From the NCBI GenBank assembly GCA_946414655.1, contig CAMKPL010000003.1:12770-76769 (forward strand): 64,000 nt of DNA, written 5' to 3'. The position numbers and the translations under genes were made by a program. Every line of letters begins with the position of its first letter. Within the stretch, counting starts at the first letter, position 1. This document shows positions 1 to 8,628 of the stretch, one piece after another. The DNA comes from an uncultured Bacillales bacterium (GTDB lineage Bacteria; Bacillota_I; Bacilli_A; RFN20; CAG-826). The notes beneath the pieces were generated by a model. The model did no database searches. It saw only the letters and a list, made by a program, of their open reading frames with translations, and was not told where the DNA came from.

Positions 1-1503
1 CACCAACAACATACATGGAGTAGGTGATGAGGTCGACACTACTAAAGCCGAAGACTTCACAAACACCACCAGCAATCGCGACTAAGATTGGTAACTTCGC
101 ACCACAAGAGAAGAATGGGATAACTCGAATTGTAGCAACCTTTTCATGTTCATCCGCTAAAGTACGGGTATTAATCATTGCTGGAACAGAGCAACCAAAT
201 CCCATAATCATTGGGATAAATGCTCGTCCAGAGAGACCGAATTTTCTAAAGATACGGTCTAAAATGAAGGCGACACGAGCCATGTAGCCGGTGTCCTCCA
301 TAATGGAGAAGAAGAGGAAAAGAACCAAGATTTGCGGTAAAAATCCAAGAATGGCGAATAATCCAGAGAGTACTCCATCGCATAAGAATCCGGTTAACCA
401 GTGTCCTTCTCCTAAGCCACTAGCCATGGCACCACTAACGACATCAATAATCGCACTAAACGACATATCGAAGAAGTTAAAGAGAATGACGCCAGGAGAG
501 TTAATTCCTCCATCCGTCCAGAATAATCCTTCATAAATACTTCCTTCAAATGATGGAGCAGCATCTTTAAAGAGTCCACCAAGGAAGAAGAGGTTTTCAC
601 TAAATGTGAGGTGGAAGACAAAGAAGAGAATGACGGCAAAGATGAGTAAACCCCACACTTTGTGTGTTAAGACTTTATCAATGCGGTCAGATTTGGTTTC
701 TTTGACTTTCTTTTCTTCAGTTAGTTCAGAGTGAACAATGACTTTGGAGAAGTTTTTGGAGATGTAGTTATAACGTTCATCCGCGATGATGGCTTCGATA
801 TCGTTACCGAATGTTTCATCGTGGAGAGTTTGTTTGAATTCTTCCACCATTGGTAGAAGTTCTTCATGCATCTTCGCTTCGATCTCATCGTTTTCCACGA
901 GTTTGATGGCGTGAAAAAGTGGATTTTCCACTTTCTTGCCTTTAAAGGCAATCTTGACATCTCCGACGAGATGTTTGAGATCTTTATTTTCTAAAATAGA
1001 GACTCCTTCACGTTTCTTTTCACTAGCTTCAAAAGTTCGTTCCATGAGTTCTTTTAAGTTAGCTTCCTCTAAAGCAGAGATCTTAACGACTGGAACGCCA
1101 AGTTTCTTTTCAAGAACTTTTTCGTCTAATGAGTCACCATTTTTCTCAAGGACATCCATCATGTTGACTGCCACAACGACAGGAACATCGATTTCAAGAA
1201 GTTGAGTTGTGAGATATAAGTTTCTCTCTAAGTTTGTTGCATCAACAATGTTGATGACACAATCTGGTTTTTCATCGAGAATGTAGTTTCGAGAGATGAC
1301 TTCCTCACTAGTGTATGGGGAAAGGGAATAAATTCCTGGTAGGTCAATGATTTTGATTGGTTCAGATAGTTTCTTATAGACACCATCTTTCTTTTCCACA
1401 GTGACACCTGGCCAGTTACCAACGTGAGCTGTGCTACCAGTTAAGTTATTAAAGAGGGTTGTTTTTCCGCAGTTTGGGTTACCTGCTAAAGCAAAGCGTT
1501 TCA
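1..1503 (-). CDS. feoB: Ferrous iron transporter FeoB (N-terminal ~500 aa; the C-terminus runs off the window start)
   Basis: The reverse-complement translation from 1503 starts MKRFALAGNPNCGKTTLFNNLTG (G1 P-loop GNPNxGKTT). A GTPase domain is followed by membrane segments. The frame is open to position 1, and ATG at 1503-1501 sits 3 nt after the feoA stop. Confidence 0.9.
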
Positions 1504-1505
1504 TA

Positions 1506-1745
1506 TTATTTCTTTTCCTCCACTTCTAGAAGGACTAAAGCAGCTTCGCTTTTTCTTAAGGTGAGTTCATAACCACGAATGGTTACTTCAAGTGGGTCTC
1601 CTAAAGGAGCTTTCTTTCTAAGATAGACAGTTGCACCTGGGGTAACACCCATGTCAAAGAGTCTACGACGGAGACGACCTTCACCTTCTACTTTTTTAAT
1701 TAGGCCAGTCTCGCCTATTTGAAATTCATCTAGTTTTTTTAGCAT
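1506..1745 (-). CDS. feoA: FeoA-family small protein (second copy)
   Basis: The 79-aa product has an SH3-like FeoA pattern (IGETGLIKKVEGEG...LRRRLFDMGVTPGATV). It lies directly upstream of feoB. Confidence 0.85.
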   Translation of the reverse strand: MLKKLDEFQIGETGLIKKVEGEGRLRRRLFDMGVTPGATVYLRKKAPLGDPLEVTIRGYELTLRKSEAALVLLEVEEKK

Positions 1746-1760
1746 AAATTCCTTCCTTTC

Positions 1761-1973
1761 TTATGCAACCAGAATTTTGTTAGCGATGGAGCGATCCAAC
1801 GCGAGTCGTCCTTCTTTGACAGCGAGCACTACACCGCCGTTAACCGAAGAGATGACTTTGATGGAGGCATTCACTAAAATTCCAAGACTCTCCAGATGTT
1901 TCTTTGTTTTATCATCAGTGAGTACTCGGACAATCTTTACATCCGTATTTAATGGAGCTAAACAGATTGGCAT
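1761..1973 (-). CDS. feoA: FeoA-family small protein (first copy)
   Basis: The 70-aa product is FeoA-like (VKIVRV...LESLGILVNASIKV). A GAAGGAGG RBS lies 7 nt upstream. Confidence 0.8.
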   Translation of the reverse strand: MPICLAPLNTDVKIVRVLTDDKTKKHLESLGILVNASIKVISSVNGGVVLAVKEGRLALDRSIANKILVA

Positions 1974-1993
1974 AGAAGAACCTCCTTCATAAA

Positions 1994-2009
1994 GTTAGGA
2001 TTTCCTAAC
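1994..2009. promoter_or_regulatory. DtxR/IdeR-type operator box 1 (GTTAGGATTTCCTAAC) overlapping the predicted feo TSS
   Basis: This is a 16-bp imperfect palindrome with TTAGG/CCTAA arms. It lies 8 nt downstream of the feo -10 element. Confidence 0.55.
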
Positions 2010-2016
2010 CAAGAAT

Positions 2017-2044
2017 ATTATAGACTTCACAATACATAAGTAAA
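2017..2044 (-). promoter_or_regulatory. sigma-A-type promoter for feoA-feoA-feoB (-35 TTTACT, 16-nt spacer, -10 TATAAT)
   Basis: The reverse complement of 2017-2022 reads TATAAT and that of 2039-2044 reads TTTACT. The element is flanked by operator boxes 1 and 2. Confidence 0.5.
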
Positions 2045-2051
2045 GAAAAAA

Positions 2052-2067
2052 GTTAGGAAATCCTAAC
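2052..2067. promoter_or_regulatory. DtxR/IdeR-type operator box 2 (GTTAGGAAATCCTAAC)
   Basis: It is the reverse-complement twin of box 1. It lies between the stop of the DtxR-family gene and the feo -35 element. Confidence 0.55.
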
Positions 2068-2103
2068 TCTTTCACTTTTTATAGATGTGATAAACCCTTT
2101 GGT

Positions 2104-2475
2104 TTATTTTTTGTTTTGTTCGTAATGTTTCTTAATTAATTCCCAAGTCTTATCAGAGATATCGTGTTCCATGCGGCACGCATCATCAGAGGCGGTTTGT
2201 TCATCCACTCCTAAAGCAAGTAACATCTGGGTAAGAATAACGTGTTTTTCTAAAGTTTTCTTAGCAATTTCTTCTCCGCTTGGAGTTAAAGTTATCGCTC
2301 CTTTTTGACCAATTTCGATATAGCCTTGGTCTTTCAGTTTTCCCATGGCTTCAGATACAGAAGGTTTAGAGAAAGACATTTCACGAGCAATATCAACAGC
2401 GTGAACTTCTTCTTTTATATCAGATAATTGAAGGATCTTTTCTAAATAGTCTTCTGTGGATTCATAGCGTTTCAT
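2104..2475 (-). CDS. DtxR/MntR-family metal-dependent transcriptional repressor
   Basis: The 123-aa product has an N-terminal winged-HTH (STEDYLEKI...DIAREMSFSKPSVSEAMGKL) and a metal-binding/dimerisation region with conserved H/E/C/D residues. Confidence 0.85.
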   Translation of the reverse strand: MKRYESTEDYLEKILQLSDIKEEVHAVDIAREMSFSKPSVSEAMGKLKDQGYIEIGQKGAITLTPSGEEIAKKTLEKHVILTQMLLALGVDEQTASDDACRMEHDISDKTWELIKKHYEQNKK

Positions 2476-2512
2476 ATTTCTTATTATAATACTACTTTAT
2501 TTAAATAAAAGG

Positions 2513-3307
2513 TTAGAACTGAATGCAATCAAGTGCAAGCATAACGACAAAACCGAAGATGAATGACCAAACTCCATAATGGTCATGACCTTCACTTGTC
2601 ATTTCTGGAATCATTTCTTCAGCAACAACATAAATCATGCAACCAGCGGCAAAAGCTAAGGCCCATGGCATAATTCCTTGGATTTGCATTGCAAGGAATA
2701 AACCAATAACTGCGGCAACTGGCTCAACAGCACCGCTAAGCATACCAAATAAGAAGGCTTTTTTACTTGATCCAGTTTCCGCTTTTAAAGGAAGAGAAAC
2801 CACTGCACCTTCTGGAATATTTTGAATACCAATACCGATGGAAAGAAGTAAAGCTCCAACAAGTAAGGCTTGGTTTCCTGGGTTAGCTAAGGCGACACCA
2901 AAGGCAATACCAACGGATAAACCTTCAGGAACATTGTGGATGGTGACTGCAAGGAACATCTTTGATGTTTTGCTAAGTTTTCTTGAAGGTAAACCTTCAT
3001 CTTGTTGTTCAGCACTATGGAAGTGTGGAACAAGTTTATCAATGCCCCATAGAAAGAGAGCACCTAAAACAATCGAGATCACTGCAATGACCCAGGTTGG
3101 CATGTAAGTAACGTCACTTTCAATCGCTGGTTTAATAAGTGAAAAGAAAGAGGCGGAAAACATCACTCCAGCAGCAAAACCAGTAAAGATTTTATTTACT
3201 CTGGGAGAGATTTCTTTCTTTCCAATAAAGAAAACAAATAAAGCTCCGAGAGTGGTACATAAAAAGATTAGAGGGATACCAATAAAAGGGTAAGCATAAT
3301 CTTCCAC
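2513..3307 (-). CDS. zupT: ZIP-family divalent metal transporter (ZupT-like)
   Basis: The 264-aa polytopic membrane protein carries the HNVPEGLSVG and HNIPEG signature motifs of ZIP/ZupT. Confidence 0.85.
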   Translation of the reverse strand: MEDYAYPFIGIPLIFLCTTLGALFVFFIGKKEISPRVNKIFTGFAAGVMFSASFFSLIKPAIESDVTYMPTWVIAVISIVLGALFLWGIDKLVPHFHSAEQQDEGLPSRKLSKTSKMFLAVTIHNVPEGLSVGIAFGVALANPGNQALLVGALLLSIGIGIQNIPEGAVVSLPLKAETGSSKKAFLFGMLSGAVEPVAAVIGLFLAMQIQGIMPWALAFAAGCMIYVVAEEMIPEMTSEGHDHYGVWSFIFGFVVMLALDCIQF

Positions 3308-3313
3308 TACTAA

Positions 3314-3562
3314 TTACCTCCAGCCGAAGAGTTTCTTTTGAGCTAAATCACATTGATAAGATGTAACGATATAACCGGTTGCGTCAAGAATCTTTTTAAA
3401 ATCTTCTTCCTTGTAGTCTTCTTCCGAGAAGATCACCACATTATTTTTGATGTGACTGGCTTTGACTTTTTTACATTTTAAACGACGGATGAGTTTGTTT
3501 TTGACGTGGGCTTCACATGCACCACAGGCCATTCCATCAATTCCTAAAGTATATTTGTACAT
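3314..3562 (-). CDS. Heavy-metal-associated (HMA) domain metallochaperone-like protein
   Basis: The 82-aa product has a GMACGAC (GMxCxxC) metal-binding motif in a ferredoxin-like fold. A GAGGAAA RBS is present. Confidence 0.8.
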   Translation of the reverse strand: MYKYTLGIDGMACGACEAHVKNKLIRRLKCKKVKASHIKNNVVIFSEEDYKEEDFKKILDATGYIVTSYQCDLAQKKLFGWR

Positions 3563-3578
3563 AATAATTTCCTCATTA

Positions 3579-3594
3579 GTTAGGATTACCTAAC
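3579..3594. promoter_or_regulatory. DtxR/IdeR-type operator box 3 (GTTAGGATTACCTAAC) at the TSS of the HMA-ZIP-DtxR operon
   Basis: It is the same 16-bp palindrome family as boxes 1 and 2. It lies immediately downstream of a -10 TATAAT (3601-3606, minus strand), with a -35 TTTACA (3623-3628, minus strand). Confidence 0.55.
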
Positions 3595-3664
3595 CACATA
3601 ATTATAATCGCTATTTTAAAGATGTAAATAAAAAAGGATCTAATCGATCCATTCATTAACTTTT

Positions 3665-4006
3665 TTAAAACTTTGGACAAGCTTTCTTACCTTCTTTAGT
3701 TAATAAGCCAAGTTTATCAAGCTCTTTACATCGCTCAATATTCGTTTTTGTCCAATGGGAATTCTTTCTTCTGGGAGAGAAACGCTGAACGAGTTTTCCA
3801 TCAATATTTCGTAAAGTAGAATCAATCCAACCGAAACATAGAGCCACTTTTACAGCGTCGTAATAACTTAAAATATCACCGCAATTCTCGGGTCTTTTTC
3901 GAGAAACCTCGACAAAAACCTCATTTTCTTTTGTAAAGTTTTCCTTTAAATATGCGTAAAACTCATCTAAAGTTTTGAAAGAGTGGATTTTCATATCTGT
4001 TTTCAT
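3665..4006 (-). CDS. YdeI/OmpD-associated (DUF1801-like) family protein
   Basis: The 113-aa product has a CFGWIDS motif that I recall from the YdeI/OmdA family. The assignment is from memory only. Confidence 0.4.
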   Translation of the reverse strand: MKTDMKIHSFKTLDEFYAYLKENFTKENEVFVEVSRKRPENCGDILSYYDAVKVALCFGWIDSTLRNIDGKLVQRFSPRRKNSHWTKTNIERCKELDKLGLLTKEGKKACPKF

Positions 4007-4207
4007 TGTTTTTGTTGTAAAGAATAAATTATTAAATTAATTAAGAGTTGATAAATGAAATGGCATAATTCGATCAAAAGATTCTTTATTTTTAGCTAAA
4101 GTTTTTCTTGCATCAATATCGCTTTGAATATCACATGTTTGATTTAAAATTATTAAATTAAAACTAAAAAATGGACCGGAATTTATAGATTGTTATAAAT
4201 TAAGTTT

Positions 4208-4582
4208 TTAGATAAGGGAAAAAGTTATAAAAAGTGTATATATAAAAACACCACCATAGCTCATTGCGCCTAATCCACACTTTGTTATTTTATGAACTCC
4301 ATCATTATCAATAATCTCTTCTGTGTGACAATCATTTCCTGTTAATGAGAATAATAAAATTAGCCCAATATCGATGAAAATATTCCACCATTTAAGGTCA
4401 ACCTCCATAATGTTTCCTATTTTTTTAGAGCCAACGGCAAGCAAGAGTCCACATCCAGCTGAAATTAGTAAAAATATTAAATTTCTAATAAATTTACCTA
4501 AACCGAAATCACTATTATCTAAAAAAATCCATATTAACCCAAAAATTCCACCGATAATCGAAGATGCAACTACAAGTGCCAC
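4208..4582 (-). CDS. Hypothetical small membrane protein (about 4 TM)
   Basis: The 124-aa ORF is hydrophobic. I recognise no family. Confidence 0.45.
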   Translation of the reverse strand: MALVVASSIIGGIFGLIWIFLDNSDFGLGKFIRNLIFLLISAGCGLLLAVGSKKIGNIMEVDLKWWNIFIDIGLILLFSLTGNDCHTEEIIDNDGVHKITKCGLGAMSYGGVFIYTLFITFSLI

Positions 4583-5006
4583 AATATTTCCTCCTTATAA
4601 AACTTATTTAAAAGTATTAACTAGATGTTTTATGTATTATATTAAACCTTCTAATTTATTTTACTATTTGCAAATCCAATATAACAAATTTAATAACTTA
4701 AACAGTGTAATTTGATGATTAACAAAAAAATTGTTACTGATAAATAATGTTTAACGTAAACTAAAAAATGATAAATAGCGTAACAATCAAAAAATCCAAA
4801 ACTATTCTTGTTATTTGTTTTCATAATAAAATCCTCAACCATTTAAGCAATACTATTACATTCGCGCCATGCGCAAATAATCCTATAACATCGTCTTTAT
4901 CTAAAACTGATTTGACTATCGCAATAATGTCTTCACCTTTTTTCATAATCAAATTACAACAAGAGAAAATAAAAAACAGTACCGATTTCGATACTGTAAT
5001 ATGCTT

Positions 5007-5084
5007 TGGTTGCGGAGGCAGGATTTGAACGCTGCGACTTCCAAGTTATGGGCCTGGTGAGCTACCGGGCTGCTCTACTCCGCG
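5007..5084 (-). tRNA. tRNA-Met (CAU), probably initiator tRNA-fMet
   Basis: The reverse complement folds as a cloverleaf with a CAU anticodon and an encoded 3' CCA. It has the C1:A72 mismatch characteristic of bacterial initiator tRNA and a GTTCAAATCC T-arm. Confidence 0.8.
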
Positions 5085-5097
5085 ATTGCGTGTATAT

Positions 5098-5124
5098 CTT
5101 ATAAGAAGATAAAGTAAGTTTCAA
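5098..5124 (-). promoter_or_regulatory. Candidate promoter for tRNA-fMet (-35 TTGAAA, -10 TATAAG/ATAAGA)
   Basis: On the minus strand TTGAAA (5124-5119) is followed after 15-16 nt by a TATAAG-like box. The predicted TSS lies a few nt before the tRNA 5' end. Confidence 0.3.
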
Positions 5125-5131
5125 CTAAAAG

Positions 5132-6175
5132 TTACCACAAATTGTGGACTTTCTCGGCAAAGCCAGGAATATTTTCAAAATATTCTTGTTTACCATTGAC
5201 GATAATGTATCCAGAAAAGAGACCAAAGACTTGGTTTTGATTACTTTTCAGGACTAAAAGGTTCATGTTTGCTTTACGATGAAGTACTGGATCAAAGATT
5301 AAGGAAATGTCTCCAGTTTTAGAACGGAACTTCCACTGCTTGAGGTATTCATGCTTTCCATTTGGTAATGTTGGAATATCAAAACGAACATCGTTTAGTT
5401 TGTAAGACATTCCATCAATATAGAAGATGTTTTCACTGGCGGCTGAGGTATCACCAAAACCATAACCAAGGTTCATTCCGATCTTCTTTCCTTGATATTC
5501 TCCATTCATGCTGGCCCAATACCAAGTGTTGTTATAGGTCCAGATTCCTCGGCCCCAATCTAATACAGCTTGAGTGGTCTCATCAAAGTAATAAAATTGG
5601 TCGTTAAATTTACAATATCCGTTTGCACTTAAATTATTGATTTTTTGGTTGTAATAGAAGTGTTTTTCTTTTTTAAATGGAGTCGAAATCACCAGCGAAT
5701 CCTGGTTAAATTCGTTTAAAACAACCTCTAAACGAAAATCTTTGTGATTTGTAAAGTTTTTGTATAAAACATTGATTTTTCGCTGGTTATTTTCATTAAC
5801 AAAAGACATCTCTAAACCTTTCCAATTAATCTTGGTGACTCCTTCTTTTGAGGAGCTAGGAAGTTTGAGCTTTCCAAAGGTAAAGAACTTCATTTTTGAC
5901 TTCGTAACTTGTTCATTTGTATCAAAGTTTAGAAAGGATACTGAGGCCAAAGCCATGTATGAATTATCAGCAATAGTAAGAGCCACACCAAAATGGGAAT
6001 TACCAATGTAATAATAATCCCATTCTTTAATTCGGGATTTTAATCCTTTGATTTGTCCACGGTTATAATCACGAACCAAAGACAAAGCAAAACCAGCTTC
6101 ATTTAGATTTCCGTTTTCATCTAAAAGAGGTCCTTGAGAGAGTTGGTGTTGGTTAACTAATTCATCATTAAGCAT
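5132..6175 (-). CDS. DUF2804-like hypothetical protein
   Basis: The 347-aa soluble protein is W/Y-rich (WDYYYIGNSHFG..., GRGIWTYNNTWYW). The pattern resembles DUF2804 proteins as I recall them. Confidence 0.4.
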   Translation of the reverse strand: MLNDELVNQHQLSQGPLLDENGNLNEAGFALSLVRDYNRGQIKGLKSRIKEWDYYYIGNSHFGVALTIADNSYMALASVSFLNFDTNEQVTKSKMKFFTFGKLKLPSSSKEGVTKINWKGLEMSFVNENNQRKINVLYKNFTNHKDFRLEVVLNEFNQDSLVISTPFKKEKHFYYNQKINNLSANGYCKFNDQFYYFDETTQAVLDWGRGIWTYNNTWYWASMNGEYQGKKIGMNLGYGFGDTSAASENIFYIDGMSYKLNDVRFDIPTLPNGKHEYLKQWKFRSKTGDISLIFDPVLHRKANMNLLVLKSNQNQVFGLFSGYIIVNGKQEYFENIPGFAEKVHNLW

Positions 6176-7253
6176 TTCTTTTGGCGTTCACTTTCTTTAA
6201 ATGACGAATGATTTGATACGAAATAAAGTAGAGAATTGATGAAACTAAGAAGGCAGCAAATGTCGCTAATAATGGAATGATTAATGATATTTCTCCTAAA
6301 TCAATAGCCATAAAGACCACAAATGCAATGATCAATGCATCAGCGACAAGATAGAAATAAGCGCAGAATGGAACAAGTTTCTGGAATGGCCCTTTATCTC
6401 GATAAACAGATATGGCGCCTAAACCACCAAGAATTGAAACAATTCCAGTAGCAAGAATCATAAAGATGAATGATGCTAAAGAAACATCACTAAATGGAGT
6501 AGTAACAAAGTTAATAATACCATTCAAGAAAGACATTACTCCGGCAGCAAAGGTAAATGCACCAGCAATAATAATTGTTCTTTTAGAAAGAATCTCAGCT
6601 CTCGAAACTTGAATCCAGTTGGCCTGGAGTTGATCCTGACTAATTTGGAAAACTAATTTCTCTTTTTCATATAATGAAACAAGATCTAATCGAGTAAGAA
6701 TTTTGAAACTAATTGAACGTAATTCATTTGGTGTTAAGAAGAGAACTGTGACACCTTGCCATAAGAAGACCCAGGCGGTAATATCAAGCATTTCCGAGAC
6801 TAATCCATTATCCTCAAGGAATCCTTGGCCAAGGAGGAATTGACGAACAAAAAGAATTCCCACTGAAACAAGTGCTAAGACCACCGCTTCAAGTAAACGT
6901 CCGTTCTTCTCTCTATAGATTGAATAATGGAACAGCTCTAAAGAATCTTTAAATGAGTTAATGATTTCGTCTGGTTTATATCCTTCAAAATCATCAATCT
7001 TAAATCGAAGATCAATCTTAAATTCCAAAGGGAAATTATCCATGATTTCGGATACTCTTTGGAGAATTTCGGGTTTAAATTTGATGACTTTAGTTGAGAC
7101 AACATTGTCATCAAACATTTCACTGACTTTGTCAAAGACAAGTTCAAGAGTGATAATACGTTTCTCAACATCAATGTCGTAATACTTGGATAAGATTTCT
7201 ATTTGACGTTGGATTTTTAATGATAATTGTTTCTGTTTCTTTTCTTTTTTCAT
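6168..7253 (-). CDS. Hypothetical membrane protein (cytoplasmic N-terminal domain plus about 6 TM)
   Basis: The 361-aa product overlaps the downstream DUF2804 gene by 8 nt, which suggests an operon. Confidence 0.5.
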   Translation of the reverse strand: MKKEKKQKQLSLKIQRQIEILSKYYDIDVEKRIITLELVFDKVSEMFDDNVVSTKVIKFKPEILQRVSEIMDNFPLEFKIDLRFKIDDFEGYKPDEIINSFKDSLELFHYSIYREKNGRLLEAVVLALVSVGILFVRQFLLGQGFLEDNGLVSEMLDITAWVFLWQGVTVLFLTPNELRSISFKILTRLDLVSLYEKEKLVFQISQDQLQANWIQVSRAEILSKRTIIIAGAFTFAAGVMSFLNGIINFVTTPFSDVSLASFIFMILATGIVSILGGLGAISVYRDKGPFQKLVPFCAYFYLVADALIIAFVVFMAIDLGEISLIIPLLATFAAFLVSSILYFISYQIIRHLKKVNAKRNA

Positions 7254-7320
7254 TAAGAAAATTATAGTTTCTTAAACTAAACAAAGCAATTATTTGAATT
7301 AGAAGATACAAAGTGCGACA

Positions 7321-8043
7321 ATGCTAGACATGAACAAGAAAAAAATTGTTTTTATTTCTTTATTGGTTGCTCTTCCAGTAGTAACTGGATTAGGAACCTA
7401 CTTTATTACGCATGCGATCGAACGAAAAAAAGCTGACCAAGAAAAGAACGATTTAGGTGTTCGATTGTTTGAGACCCATTATTACGACCGATGTAATCTT
7501 TTTAGTGAGGAAAACAAACATCTAACAAACATTGATGTTGCTTTTCTTGGTGATTCATTAACAGAAGGTTATGACTTAAAAAGTTTTTATCCAGATTGGA
7601 CTGTTGTTAATCGAGGTATCTCAGGTGACACCACCATTGGTTTAGAAAAGAGATTACAAGTCTCGGCCTATGATGCTCATCCAAAGGTTATTTCGATGCT
7701 CATTGGCGCAAATAACTTTGATACGATGATGACAAACTATGAAACAATTGTGTCAAAAATCAAACAAAATCTACCGCAAACCTCGGTTATTTTGTGTTCC
7801 TTAACATCAATGACGTCTAGTTGGGCGAAGAACAACGAAAAAGCCAGGCAAAACAACGTTGAAATTCAAAAAATCGCGGCAAAATATAGTTATGTTTACG
7901 CAGATTTATATAATCCGCTTCTTGATCCAACCACCAACGAATTAAAACAAGAATATTCTGTTGATGGGGGTCATCTAACAAAAGAAGGTTACACTGTAGT
8001 AACTAACGTTTTAAAACCAATCATCTCTAACTTTTTAAATTAA
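7321..8043 (+). CDS. SGNH/GDSL-family lipase/acylhydrolase with an N-terminal signal anchor
   Basis: The product has the GDSLTEG block I (catalytic Ser), a GANN block III and a DGGHLT block V. Translation may instead start at 7330 (MNKKK...). Confidence 0.8.
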   Translation: MLDMNKKKIVFISLLVALPVVTGLGTYFITHAIERKKADQEKNDLGVRLFETHYYDRCNLFSEENKHLTNIDVAFLGDSLTEGYDLKSFYPDWTVVNRGISGDTTIGLEKRLQVSAYDAHPKVISMLIGANNFDTMMTNYETIVSKIKQNLPQTSVILCSLTSMTSSWAKNNEKARQNNVEIQKIAAKYSYVYADLYNPLLDPTTNELKQEYSVDGGHLTKEGYTVVTNVLKPIISNFLN

Positions 8044-8051
8044 GACAAGCA

Positions 8052-8083
8052 AAAAGTCAGGTCGTGATTATGACCTGACTTTT
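8052..8083. terminator. Bidirectional rho-independent terminator
   Basis: The sequence aaagtcaggtc-gtgattat-gacctgacttt is a perfect 11-bp stem. It is flanked by A-runs and T-runs between convergent genes. Confidence 0.6.
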
Positions 8084-8091
8084 GAATTAAT

Positions 8092-8607
8092 TTAGTCTAT
8101 ATAGGTTGAGGCAGAAGCCGAAGCATCAGCATTACGTTGATCGGTAATGTTATCAATCGCAATAACTAAGGCGACATAGAACATTGGATCAGCACCTTCT
8201 TCAAGGTGAAGAACGAAGGAATCTCTAAAAGAGATTTTTCGAGCAATATGACCAATTTCTTGACCGTTAAGTAAGATGTGATAGTCGTAACCTAAGATGT
8301 TACCTTTAATTTCAAGATCACCAAGATCTGATGTAATAAAATATCGATCATGGAAGGAGAAGATTTTTCTTCGAATACGACAAATTTTCTTTTTATCTGG
8401 AGTTTCTACATAAGCGCGATAAGCGAATAATCTCCAGAATTTGTTACGAACAATATATTTTGTTTCTCCATCAAGTGTTTGGACAAATTTCTTTCTAGTG
8501 AGAGTCCAGAATTTTCCTTTTACTTTTAAGACATCTTGTTCGTTAACATCTTTAACAACGGATCCACCACGTAAAGAGACCCATTTATTGCGAATCATTA
8601 AATCCAT
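8092..8607 (-). CDS. LURP-one-related/YxjI (DUF567, tubby-C-like) family protein
   Basis: The 171-aa product resembles B. subtilis YxjI-type proteins in length and pattern (FWTLTRKKF...YIVRNKF, FSFHDRYFITSD). Confidence 0.45.
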   Translation of the reverse strand: MDLMIRNKWVSLRGGSVVKDVNEQDVLKVKGKFWTLTRKKFVQTLDGETKYIVRNKFWRLFAYRAYVETPDKKKICRIRRKIFSFHDRYFITSDLGDLEIKGNILGYDYHILLNGQEIGHIARKISFRDSFVLHLEEGADPMFYVALVIAIDNITDQRNADASASASTYID

Positions 8608-8628
8608 ATTTAGTTACCTCTATTTTTA

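Noticed and set aside
24-1422. Several 60-90-aa ORFs from the six-frame track (24-287, 291-536, 412-639, 721-960, 936-1205, 1228-1422).
   Set aside because: All lie inside or antisense to the continuous FeoB reading frame (1-1503, minus strand), which has clear GTPase motifs. They are out-of-frame artefacts.
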